The position numbers and the translations under genes are program-made. A stretch of 64,000 bases of DNA, taken from assembly GCA_023334545.1 (NCBI GenBank), contig JAADVB010000027.1:1-64000 (forward strand), given 5' to 3'. The notes beneath the pieces were generated by a model. It worked only from the letters and a program-made list of their open reading frames with translations, was not told the origin of the DNA and made no database searches. This document shows positions 1 to 11,267 of the stretch, one piece after another (the first letter of the stretch is position 1; the number at the start of each line of letters is the position of its first letter). Source of the DNA: Salisapilia sapeloensis CBS 127946 (Eukaryota > Protista > Oomycota).

Positions 1-269
1 CATTTCAACCCTAAGACGTGCTGTTCCAACATGTTAAATTGCAATTGTATGCCAAAAGTCCTCTTCTCTTCGCTTCGAGTTTGAAAAGGATCTTGCTTTT
101 AGACAGTGCACAGATACTTCGCCTCAGTAGAGATGACAACTAGAACGACGATAGATATAACAACCAAATATGAACTTGACTTATTTCTCTTATCAACTTG
201 TCTTCAGACCAATTCGTTTGGTCCCTTGTCCTCGGATTTCAAAGTGAGCTCTAAGCTCTAAGCTCTCGT

Positions 270-391
270 CCAGCGCTGACGTCAGGTTTCCACGTCAGCC
301 TGGACTTCCAGCCACTGCGACTGATACGCATCTTCCGGGCTTGCGTGCTGGTAGGAAAACCATGACCTGAGTCACGGGATCGACTCAGGTC
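270..391. promoter_or_regulatory. Cluster of bZIP-type sites forming two hairpins/palindromes
   Basis: TGACGTCA (277-284), CCACGTCA (290-297) and TGAGTCA (368-374). GCTGACGT 275-282 pairs with ACGTCAGC 292-299. GACCTGAGTC 364-373 is the exact reverse complement of 382-391. Confidence 0.35.
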
Positions 392-870
392 TGGGCAAAA
401 AACCTCCGCACATATGGCAAGCCCACTTCCCGCAACTGCCTTCCCATGTCGACCATATCGTTGTCATCTCGCGTCTGGCCAGCTACATATCTTCAATGTC
501 TTGATAAATCACTCATCTCACAATTGCTAGTCAATCCAGAGAGCACTGCAGCTGTTTAATGAAGGCCAATCAAATTAAGAAGGACTTGTCGTTTGGCAAG
601 CTAACTTGTCTATGGTAAAAAAATTGTGACAACTGTAGTTTTTATCCTCAAGACAGATCTGAACACAGGACCTGGTCCGGACCAACCTATCGACGTCATA
701 TTTTGTATACACTTGGTGGAAATTTGAGTATATCTTCAGTTGAGTATATATTTTTTGTATGATCAATGGGGTCTTCTAAGGAGGTGGGATTGTACGCTTT
801 TGTTCGTGTTATTTTCTATGCTCTGTTTCTAACGTTAATTGTGTATTAGCGATTTGAACAAAACAAAGAC

Positions 871-2639
871 ATGGAAGCAGTCACGTCGATCACTTCTTCT
901 GCTGATGGTAGTGCTATCAGTACTAATGTGGATGAATCTTCCGTCGATCAGATTCTAGAGATGCTATCCCCGCTACCAGTGTCAAGAGGTGAAGTGTACA
1001 AAGCACTTGAAGACAGCAAAAATGACGTTTCAGCGGCGGTGGAGGACTTGATGGGCATGGCAACTGCTCGAGAGCAAGAGCTCAGTGAAAATCATGACGG
1101 CTCTGGTGAATCTGCTCTAGACTGGGACCAGCTTTGCACTACCCTCGGTCTCTCTCCTGACGATGTGTTCGTGCAGGCACTCGGAAGTCTACCCCAGGAA
1201 CATAAAAACTCTTTACTAGCACACGACGGCGCGTGGATTCAGCAACTCCTTTTACAACTAGATGAGGCTGAAAAAATGGACCAAGAAAATAATGTAGAAG
1301 AACATCCTCTGGCCCAGCTACAGGCCCTGTACCCAACCTACAAGCTGGGTGTCATTGAGCGCGTGTTGGACCAGCAAAACTATGATGTCGATGCTGCTGC
1401 TACTGCCCTGGCGAATGTAAGAGCGAATTCAAATGTACAGAGCTACGCCTCGGCTGTCTCGGGCTCGTCTCGCGATGGTGTTACAACATATTTGCATTCT
1501 AGTGTCGGAGAGAGCGACACGCCGAATGCAGAGTTCCCAGGTCTCCAGCAAGTAGCGTCTCCAACACGAGATGGTAGGCACAAAGTGAAGAAAAAGAATG
1601 GACATAGACCTTGGCAAAATCAGGAGCCGAGGGTTCTTGTGGGGCAAGATGTCAATGCTGATGGCGTATGGCGCAACTCGAGTGCTCCATTGAGCCTTAC
1701 GAATCGGCTGAAAGTCGATCGCCTCCACTCTCTTCTTCCCTCCATCGACCGAGACACTATCCAAACAGTATTCTTTCATATTGCACGTTCACTGTCGCCG
1801 ACAAAGTCTAATCTGCATTTTACTTAGACGTTCTATCTGAATGGATGTAGTTCGGACGCGACAGAAGCAGTGCTACGAGAGACGTACAACCTTCCTATAT
1901 CGGATGCTGCCAAGTCGTCCTTTGAGGTAGCAGAGGATTTGGAAGAAGTGGAAAACGGAGTCAACGGAGGCTTTGTCATTGTCGACCCCATGGCTCGCAA
2001 AGGTTCGTCTCTTTTATATGCCCACTATTCCGTCTACTGGATATGACGTGCCTATTGTACAGATTCGGAGTACGTCCAAAGCAGAAATAGAGTGGAGGAG
2101 TCTCGCAGTGCACTCAGCGACCGCTACGCCAACGTCCTCCGCAGCTTCCGGTCGTCCAACGCATTTCTTGCAGGCGACCGAGTTCGAGAGTTCGTCTTGC
2201 TTCCCTTCGCCATCTTCATTCGTGCCATAACTTTTCTGTTATTAGATTAAGTCAGGCTCGTCGGGACTTACGGGAGGCTCAGAGAGATGCTGCTCATATG
2301 TTCTTCGAAGCTCAAAAGGAGCAGCTCAGGTATTGCATTTGTTCCAGTAGACCAAATCGAATAGTTACAGCTGAGTATCATGACAGACGTGGACAGCCAG
2401 TGGACTTGCACGGGTTGATCGTTCTTGAGGCGTTGCAGGTTTCGAAAGAGTCGATCGAATTTTGCAAACAGGAGCGCATACGGCGTTGTCGGCTGATATG
2501 TGGCGCCGGCTACCACTCCAAGCAAGGAAAGGCCCGCATCGCAGCTGCTCTAAAAGTGGCCTTTGACAGGCGAGGCATCCCATATCGCCAGGATAACAGC
2601 GGTATGCTTACAGTCTTCCCTCTCCGCAGCTCTCCTTGA
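871..2639 (+). CDS. CUE-like ubiquitin-binding + DUF1771 + Smr (small MutS-related) domain protein, CUE2/N4BP2-like endonuclease; multi-exon
   Basis: CUE-like segments (LQALYPTYKLGVIERVLDQQNYDVDAAATAL; LHSLLPSIDRDTIQ). Spliced helical DUF1771-like segment. C-terminal Smr signature VDLHGL...ICGAGYHSKQG. About four GT-AG introns join the ORFs. Confidence 0.85.
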
Positions 2640-3109
2640 CACTAGAGGCTACAAGTCAACGGTCATGCTCTTGCAGTTGAATCATACTAATCATCGTACA
2701 CTCTTTCACATCCGAAGTTGGCGTTGATCCTTCGACTCTCCATCTCTTTTGCGTTTAAAATTACGTTTGGAATTTTTCAGTAGAATTACCATGCGACGTA
2801 TCTAGTTCTGCCACATGAGAAGGCGCGTACAGCATATTCTTCGCTGTCATCGAAAGTTAGAAACGTGAAACTGCTCTTGCCAAGAACGGAAGCGACGAGT
2901 CACTACGTGCAGTGCCAGAACCTACAATGCTAACGAGGCATCAGAGACGCTTTCCTACTTGTCACTGCGCTTCACGAACTTTGCGTAAACTCCACTGCAG
3001 GCGCCAAACTCTCTCCTTCTGAACACCAAGTTGAAGCTACATCCCACCTCCCCGAGACACTGCTCCCGGTCATCTCATTTCCATCATTGTCCCACTGCGG
3101 CTCAATTCA

Positions 3110-4084
3110 ATGGCAAGCGCCTCTCCGCTGGAAGAATACCTCGCGCAATTCTCTCGAACGAGTAGCGGATATCTCCACGAGATACCAGCGACAGTACACA
3201 GACCTCCAGAGCAGACAAACAAAGGCCCAGTCGCTTTAGAGGATCAATTCTGTGGGTGGCTGTGGATACGAGAGTCCAAGCTCCGGAGATGGCATCATCG
3301 CTACGTGTGCCTCAACGATTCTGTTCTGTCCTATTTTGCCACCTTTCCCTCGGAAGAGTTTCTACGCCAGGCAGAACTTCGCTTTTCCATCGACCCGGAA
3401 TCTCGCATGCCCGTTGGTTCTGGCGGATCTCTCCCTCTCGGCGTCATTCGGATAGCTCATGTCGACGACTCTGTTCACAACGTTGGTTTCGACGTCTATG
3501 GGGCTTGTGGAAAGAAACTCGAAGTCCGGGCCAGAAGCAAAGAAGATCAAAATTCTTGGCTGAGAATGCTGAAACGTCCTGCTCGAAGAAAGTCTCGGTC
3601 TTGGACGAAAGCAGAGTCCGAACATATGCGCTACAGCTCGGCTACGTACAATGCCGACAGCGCCTGTGCATTCGAACGACAGTCGATTCCAGTCTTATCG
3701 AGTGGATGGCTCTACGTCCAGCATCGATCATCTGGTAAGAACGTTTCCAAAGTCTTCTCCGGTCTTTGGCATCTTTGGCGGCGACGATTCTGTGTTATCC
3801 AAGGAGAAACATTTGCCTACTATGCCAGTGAAAAGCCTTATGATGTGCCGAAGCGGAGGGCGTACGTTCAAAGTGTCAAGGTGGAAGTGAGCTGTGGAAA
3901 TCGACACGAGTTGGTGGTTCGAATGGAAGAAGGGGATTGCTTACGCCTCAAACTCACAACTGCTCCGGAGCTAGAGAGCTGGCGGACAAGATTGCTCGAG
4001 TGTGTCGCTGCCCGGAGAGATCGTGCCGCATCAGTCGAGACGTCTGCGTTGCTCCGTCAGCAGAGCTCCGTAGCAGCCAATTAG
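3110..4084 (+). CDS. Tandem pleckstrin-homology (PH) domain protein
   Basis: Two PH signatures: GWLWIRESKLRRWHHRYVCLNDSVLSYF...SWLRML and SGWLYVQ...WRRRFCVIQGETFAYY...ELESWRTRL. Confidence 0.85.
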   Translation: MASASPLEEYLAQFSRTSSGYLHEIPATVHRPPEQTNKGPVALEDQFCGWLWIRESKLRRWHHRYVCLNDSVLSYFATFPSEEFLRQAELRFSIDPESRMPVGSGGSLPLGVIRIAHVDDSVHNVGFDVYGACGKKLEVRARSKEDQNSWLRMLKRPARRKSRSWTKAESEHMRYSSATYNADSACAFERQSIPVLSSGWLYVQHRSSGKNVSKVFSGLWHLWRRRFCVIQGETFAYYASEKPYDVPKRRAYVQSVKVEVSCGNRHELVVRMEEGDCLRLKLTTAPELESWRTRLLECVAARRDRAASVETSALLRQQSSVAAN

Positions 4085-5537
4085 TCGGTATATTGTATTG
4101 TAAGTAGCTTGAAGAGACTCAAGTACAGCGTTTCCTATTTCAGTTATCTTTGGCATCCTAGCTAGTCTCACATCTCCGCTTGGCTGTCATGTGAGCTTCT
4201 GGCATCTTTTATCCGGCAAGTCGAGACATGCGATTGTTCTCATATCGGAGTACTTGTAAAAAGCTTCCATATCTCATCGCAGTAGTGTCATTTCTGTTTA
4301 AATTTATGGACTACCGGCTATTCTAAGCGAAAACGAAAGAGCACTGGCATCCATACTGGTCTCCCCTATGTCCTCAACAATATATGGGTGTAGACCGCTA
4401 CGCATATCTGCAGCACATGTGCCGCATAGGTTTCCGCCCACATGAATCCCTCACAATACCCACGGCGCCCTCTTTTTATATGTACATCTCCAATTGTCCC
4501 GCCTTAGCGTTCGCATGTCTTCGCTCTGTGTATCTTCTTCAGTTCATTTCGGTCGTCGAAACGTCCATTGTCAGCTACCTTCGTATGCTGACTCCTTCAG
4601 GTTGCCTTGCCATTTTTGTTAAATGCAAGGCATTTCAGCCACACTTCGAACTCCCTCCGGTTGGCCGGCACACTTTGGCGAAGAAGAGACTTCCAGGAAG
4701 ACCGGGGCTTCGAGAAGTCTTGCGCGATGAGCTACAGTGGAAATTTGTAACCGAGGCAGGAATTCGGAGATTGAGCAAATTTGTACAGGGCTCGAAAGTA
4801 AGAGTGGATGGGATTTTAGGTTGGAAAGATAGCCGACAGGTCCGAAAGGAGTACGTAGGTGTGGATAGAGAAGAGAGCATAAGAGCTAACTAAGGAATAC
4901 ACTGTCGAACGCGAACAGTCTTTAAATTGCAGTCAATTCACTTGTCCATCCATTGTCCTTCAAAATATACCGTGAATCCGATAAGGTTCTCTTACTGCTA
5001 CCGTCCCGAGAATCGCTCCGCAGAGTCCTCTTCGTATTCTGTTTCTCGGCAATTCATTTTTGGCAGCCTAAAATATACATTTTAGAGGTCTGGCGATACG
5101 AGTTTGGCGATCCAATGAACCACCGTAGGAATGTTTGAGTAGAACCAACAATAACTGATTCCAAAGCAGTACACCGTAGCAATAATTTGCTTCGCATCGG
5201 TTGATAGCTACGGTGCCTATCAGAACGTGCATATATTTACAAATAAAGCAGGTCAACCTTCAATTTGTAAATGGCAAAAACTAAAGCGATCGGTAAGCTG
5301 GCCATGTTCCTCTCTGTGATGTCGAATTATTCTTTTGTACTAATGAATTACTGGTAACCATATTTGTATGCGTTGCCACTCGATCTTTTGTAGAAGCATT
5401 CATGGAGAACACGACAGCGTCAAAGCTATTTCCACCGTATAAGTAGAGCAGACACGATACTAGAGCTGTCTATCTCACTGGGGTACCAAAAACCACTTTT
5501 GCAATGCTCTCCATGTATTTTTGCTCACTGTTGTCAA

Positions 5538-6209
5538 CTACAAGGACACATTCTTGATACCCAATTGCTCCACAAGTCCATCCACTTGACTGTGAATTTC
5601 ATCATGGTGCGGCAGTTTCTTCATGGCCGACAGCCAGTTGGCCGTCTTTGGGTACTTGGAAGCATTGAAGACATTCATTTGCTCCAGCTGATGCACTTCG
5701 GGATACATCAGCAAGTCGGCAATGGAGAAGCTCGAGGTACCAGCGACATAGGAAGAAGATGCGAGATATACCTCCAACCGCGTGAGAACCTTTTCGAGCG
5801 TCTCTGCTTTTTGCTGAAGGTAGACTTTGTCCAAGTCCGACAATTCATTGGTTTTCTCGTGGATGACAGGAACGAGCAGTTGCGATGTGATGAGACGGTC
5901 GCCACTGTGGTGCCAGTGGAGCATTTGGTTCACTTTTGCACGCTGGTGCGCATCGGTCGGGTACAAGTCCGTCCAGTTGTGTTTTTCCGCCAAATACTCG
6001 AGAATGGCGCTGCCTTCGAAGAGTGCAAAGCCGTCGTCTTCAATGGTAGGGACCAAACCGTTCGGGTTGAGCTTTTTGTACTCGGCCGAAGACAGCTTTT
6101 CAGAACCGAGTGGCGTATCCTCAAACTTGAATTCTACGTTTTTGATTTTGAGTGCCCACAAGACGGAGCGAGAAGGTTGACTGATGTAGTTGCCGTGCAC
6201 AACGAGCAT
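5538..6209 (-). CDS. GSTT: Theta-class glutathione S-transferase
   Basis: SQPSRSV active-site motif, KLNPNGLVPTIEDDGFALFEGSAILEYLAEK, and SIADL. First ATG at 6209; intronless. Confidence 0.92.
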   Translation of the reverse strand: MLVVHGNYISQPSRSVLWALKIKNVEFKFEDTPLGSEKLSSAEYKKLNPNGLVPTIEDDGFALFEGSAILEYLAEKHNWTDLYPTDAHQRAKVNQMLHWHHSGDRLITSQLLVPVIHEKTNELSDLDKVYLQQKAETLEKVLTRLEVYLASSSYVAGTSSFSIADLLMYPEVHQLEQMNVFNASKYPKTANWLSAMKKLPHHDEIHSQVDGLVEQLGIKNVSL

Positions 6210-6241
6210 TTTCACGTTTCTGGTTGCTTCTCTGTTCTGGG

Positions 6242-6257
6242 CCGAAAAGGAAAGTGA
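6242..6257 (-). promoter_or_regulatory. Oomycete Initiator+FPR core promoter of the GST gene
   Basis: Minus strand TCACTTTCCTTTTCGG fits the TCAYTYY + MWTTTNC consensus, about 45 nt upstream of the ATG. Confidence 0.55.
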
Positions 6258-6593
6258 CTGAGATCTTGAAAGAGAGAAGAGGATCAGCTGATCGGTAAAA
6301 GATTTTTCCGTTTATATTGATTCGAGGCCTGTAAAGGAGGATGCCTTTTTGAATCTGATCGCTTGCTTAACCTTGAGATCCGATTGAAGCGTACGCATCC
6401 AGAGTATTGATACATGATTGAACTCTGCCTCTAAATACCAAAAGGAAGGCGGGTGATAGCTATTCAAATTGTCTACAGGTAAAAGTGGTTGTATATCTGC
6501 ATGTGTAGAGCCAAAGATCGTCAGTTCTTTACCAAATATACCTAGTCTTGACACCATGTCACGTCCAGAAGTGTAAAATGCAATCGTTGTCAA

Positions 6594-6995
6594 CTACAAG
6601 TTGAAATACGGATCGATTTGGGCCTTATATAGAGCCTTGGCGTATGCACTAGGAAGGAGTTTATCTAGCACTTGGTGACCAAGGATCTGGATTCGAGCAT
6701 TCCAAGGATGTTCGTATAGAATAGTGTGCAATCTTGAAACAATGCGGAGTTCATCGTCCAAAGTGACTTGCTCCAGTATATTCACATGTTCCGCAGCTAA
6801 TAGCTGAAGTTTCTTGTTGATGGCGTAGAGCGAGCGTTGGAGGATTGCTTCATCCACGGGGTTAGCATCCATCAGACGAAGGATTTGGTGCCACTCCCAA
6901 TGGATCGTCGGCCGATGATGCAGTTTTCGCAACCGGGCTTTTGCCAGCTCGCGCAACTCGTCGACAGGATCGCCATTTTCGTTCATCTCATGCAA
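6594..6995 (-). CDS. Hypothetical helical protein; 5' end uncertain and may continue in frame to 6312
   Basis: 133-codon ORF with amphipathic, protein-like composition. No family recognised. Directly abuts an in-frame 93-codon ORF. Confidence 0.5.
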   Translation of the reverse strand: MHEMNENGDPVDELRELAKARLRKLHHRPTIHWEWHQILRLMDANPVDEAILQRSLYAINKKLQLLAAEHVNILEQVTLDDELRIVSRLHTILYEHPWNARIQILGHQVLDKLLPSAYAKALYKAQIDPYFNL

Positions 6996-7916
6996 GTGGT
7001 CGATACCGGCGCACTATTTTTAGTTTCATATCATTTTCACAGGCGGCATTCACCGTTGTTTGTTTGACGTATCCATTTCGTGTCTCGACTCATGTCTGAG
7101 CTACTATCCTTTCCACCTAGCTCTGCTGCCCTGCGAGTTCTAGGTGCACGCTCAACCCGATCTGAACCGAGCACATCCTGCTACTTTTTTCGGTCACATC
7201 GCAAAGGTATGCATGAGACAAAGTTTGTGGATTTCTGCTCAACGCGTAAAATATTCCACTTCCTTTCCACTGTTCATGAGTGCATTGTAAACTCGCCATG
7301 TCCAATAATCGGTAGCATCGAGTCTTTTAACCGAATTGAGAAGCTCGTAAGGACAACTCGCCTTCGAGTGGTAGGACACTGAAACTATATTCAAGCACTA
7401 GAAGCTTGATTTTAATCGACGTGTGATGTGCTGATGGATAGGAGGATGAGAAACGAAGTTTCCAAACCAAAAATTGGTGCGAATGATGACGAAAACTAAA
7501 AAATACTCTTTTGTATCCATGTGTACAAGAAGGTCATCTCTACGCTGGAAAAGTGCGAGATTAAGTAGGAATGGGGATAGTCACACTTGATGGAGAAGGG
7601 ATGAGAAAACCAACTGTGCTTCGTATACGAAATAGGAGATTGCAAAACGCAGGAAGAAAGCGGAGGAGAATGAAAACTCATACCACTGCATCTTCAAGGA
7701 AAAAGTCGAAAGTAGGACAAGGTCGTCTGCTAGATCTCGTCGCAGAGAGTCTCATCACTGGCCAAAGCTCAAGATGGATGCGTTTCCCGTTGCCCACGCC
7801 AATCAGTTGCACCGGAAGATTGGCGTACTGTCAAGCGTTGCAGCATGTAGACGAGGTTGCACGAACAGTAGCGCGACCGTGGAGCAACCTCGTCGAAGAT
7901 CACAACCGCGTTTCTG

Positions 7917-10409
7917 ATGTCGGACGAGTCCGACCGGCGCGTCTTCATGGTCGCGAGAGCTCACTCCCCACGCCGCATCGCAGGAGAGGGAAACCCCGGT
8001 GGAAACCGGAACAATGGTGACGCTGAAAACAACCGCAACGATGGCGGCCCAGGACTCATTAACGTGAACAACATGGGTGCCATGGAAGCAGACTGGAGGC
8101 AGCAGCAATTCCAGCGACAGCGAATGCAACTGCTCAGTATGGCCATCTTCCTATGCTTCATGGTGCTCTTCTTTGACAATCGAGCTGGAGAGGCTCGTCA
8201 TCGTGCCGCGGAACGCTCTGGTCGTAACCGGTACTCGATTCCCGACAGTCAAGGGTTGAATGTAAGCGAACGCAAGAAGCAAGCGGACGAGCTGGAAAAA
8301 GTGCTGCACGACCAGCCAGATTATATGCCGAACATACCTCCGATGAACGTTTCTGGTATCTACAGCGGTATGCTCTTCTCCTGTCTACTTTATTTTATAT
8401 GTCACCCAAGTTGCGTTTGAAATAGGCACATGGAAATCGCTGTCGGCGGAAGAGTATGACACCGAAAAACCAGTGTACTCGGACGTTATGTAAGCAGTGT
8501 AGATTTTATGATCCAAAAGCGATGTATTCATTATGTGTCTCTAGTCCGTACCTAAAGGTGGATCGAGACATTCATGACCAGGACTATGAGCAGCCGGAAG
8601 AGCTCGGCAGCTCTTGGCTCTTCCTCAAGATGAAGACGCCTCCCATCAAAGAGCTGGAAGACGACGTGTCTTACGTCACAGGCCAGCTCGTCATCTACGA
8701 AGAACAGGCCTCTCTCGCCGCTACGATTCTACCAGTCCAAGGTGTCTTTCTGCGTCGGATGGCCAAACTGACGCTCTTTGGCAACAGTCCAGACTCGACG
8801 GTGCAGCTACTGTATCGAAAGCCGAACGCGACGAGCAACTCAACCACGAGTGTCACGGTGAAGAAGCCGCCAGTGGATACTGCGGATGCAGAATGGAGTG
8901 AAGTAGAGGAAGGGAAGCCTCTGACGACCAATTTGCGCTGGCGGCAAACGATCGATTTACGTAGTGGTCGTGCAAGGGTGGAGGGTGTACCGAACGTTGT
9001 GGACAAGCAAGACTTTGCTAGTGTCGACGTCTCTCCTCCACGCTATGCCTACGTCTCTCGCTTCCGCTCGAGCGACTCGTTCAGTGACCAATGCCTCAGC
9101 ATTGTTGAAATGACGCTGCGAAACAGCACTAAGGGAGGACAGGAAGATGGTGAATTGTCCAACCAAAAGGGTTCGACGTTGGACGGCACACTCGCAAGTG
9201 TCAACTGTGGACTGTACTTGCAGCTGAGCACGGACTTTCAGGAAGAGAATTTGGACGTGTTCTTTTCGAAAGCCTCTCACTACGCCGTCCTCATGACGCT
9301 AATCGCCATGGTCGAGATCTACGTCCTCTTACGACAGCTCCAGTTCTCCAACACCCAGGCGGCAGCAGCTCGAGTGTCGCTCGTGACGGTCGGCCAGCAG
9401 GCTATTTTGGACTCGTACTTGTGTTTGGGTCACTTGACCATCGGTATCGTAGCGCAGAACGTCTTCACAGCCTTTGCGTCCGTCGCGTTCGTGAAACTGA
9501 TAATCTTTTCGGTTTTCGAGATGAGGTATCTACTCATCATCTGGAAAGCGAGGCGGCCGCAGGGCTTTGCAGAGGGCTGGCTGACTCTGCGTCGAGAGCT
9601 GACGACGCTCTACTCTCGCTTTTACATCTCTCTCCTGGCGGGACTGGTGATCTTGTACAACTTTTCGGTACGCTCTAGCTGGCATACTATGGCAGGATCT
9701 GATACTAAATCTTCTGAGGATCTGACAGAACTACGCGAGCGTCCTGGTTTTCCTGTGCTATTCGTTCTGGGTCCCACAGATCGTGCACAACGTTCACAGG
9801 TACACTGCATCGTCTGTCGTAGAGCCTATCCCGTGCACTCTGATCTGATGCGATGGCTGACTGACATAGGGAGGTACGCAATGCGTTTGACCCAGGATAC
9901 CTGTACGGCATGAGTGGCTTGCGCATGTTCCTGCCGCTCTACTTTTTCGGCTGTCCGAGCAACTTTTTGTCAGCGTTTCCCATGGTATCGATTCTATGCT
10001 GCTTGGTGCGCATCTCTGATTTACATCCTAACGACTTCAACTTCAGTATGAGAATAGCGTGGATTATCAGCTGTGCTACTCGCTGATGGCGTGGATGGGC
10101 CTTCAGTTGTGCACCATCTTCCTTCAACAAAGACTTGGCCCACGCTTCTTCGTCCCGGCCATGTTCCTCCCAGTCAAGTATAACTACGAGAGGAAGGTTA
10201 CCATGCAGGACCTCGCGCTTTTGAGGAACAATCCAGGCGACGGCGACTCGGCCATCGACTGCGTCATCTGCATGGTCGAGCTCGACGTCGACACGGAAGA
10301 CTACATGATTGCGCCTTGCGACCACATCTTCCACCGCGACTGTCTCCAAGGGTGGATGCAAGTCAAGATGGAATGCCCGACATGCCGGTGCGCGCTCCCA
10401 GAGCCGTAG
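7917..10409 (+). CDS. TUL1: Transmembrane RING-H2 E3 ubiquitin ligase of the Tul1/Dsc1/FLY1 type; multi-exon
   Basis: Luminal domain, then a multi-TM block with spliced SFWVPQIVHNVHREVR and LPLYFFGCPSNF, then C-terminal RING-H2 CVIC...CDHIFHRDC...CPTC. Five GT-AG introns restore the frame. Confidence 0.88.
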
Positions 10410-11196
10410 AATTGAAAAGGAGGATGCGTTCGAAATCGGATGGCATTGGCGGGACTTGAAGAGGTTAAAGACAGGATTATGTAGAAGTATATGCTCGTGA
10501 CAGAATGCAAGGCCTTTTTGCGTTGATCCGTCCAATCCATACCATCCTCCCCGCGATCCGTCTTTTTAATACCACCTTGAAGTACGGGAAAAGATCCGGT
10601 GCGCTGATCGACTAGGCTGATGGCCACCCACATTGACTCGTCGCGAGGTCTCAAACATCGCGTGATGACTCGGTTTCATCTAACATCCTATTTTTCCACC
10701 TACCATCACCTACTTCGAGGACGATTCGCTGCACGGCGCAATGCACCGGCACTTTTCCCTAAATAGCAAAGTTCCTGTAGACGAAATTTCTTATTCAAGA
10801 TATAGTGGACTTGGCCGATTAGCGAGAGCCATGAAGAACAATCGCCACGTTGTGAAACTTCAGAAGACAGCTCCTGCGCTCCCAGTCTATGCATGCATCG
10901 ATTTCCTAATCCCTCGCTAGGGTTAAGCCCCAAGCAGCGTTTCTATAGAAAACCAAGTCGAGTAAGCACACACTGGCTTTTCTCGTATCATGCCATCCGC
11001 AGGATTTGTTTTCAATGGATGCTAGAGAGTCCGTCTTATTTGCAAAGCCACGTTGATACGAACCTCCGACGAACTATGGGCTGACGCGATAGAGATCATG
11101 CTAGTTGCAGGAGCAGCGTTGTCACAAAACATCCGCTTGCACTTCAGAAAAACGAGCGACAATCGCTGCGCCCAAAATTCCGCTCTTCCTCTCAGT

Positions 11197-11212
11197 TCAC
11201 TTGTCAATTTCG
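11197..11212 (+). promoter_or_regulatory. Oomycete Initiator+FPR core promoter of sugar transporter 1
   Basis: TCACTTGTCAATTTCG, about 70 nt upstream of the ATG at 11268. Confidence 0.6.
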
Positions 11213-11267
11213 TCTCGACCAAGCACACCGCCTTCTCCATCTACCCAATTTGGATTGAATCAACATC

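Noticed and set aside
321-360. CTGATA...GAAA near the hairpins as a possible hammerhead ribozyme
   Set aside because: The core is not CUGANGA and the three-stem junction cannot be built.
4384-4893. 169-aa ORF between the PH and GST genes
   Set aside because: No recognisable motif, splice structure or promoter; cannot be supported as a gene from sequence alone.
5499-6257. 252-aa antisense ORF over the GST
   Set aside because: Fully overlaps a confident gene; no family features.
7000-7500. Possible upstream exons of the 6594-6995 gene
   Set aside because: Open stretches with AG/GT sites exist, but I could not join them to the ORF in a consistent phase.
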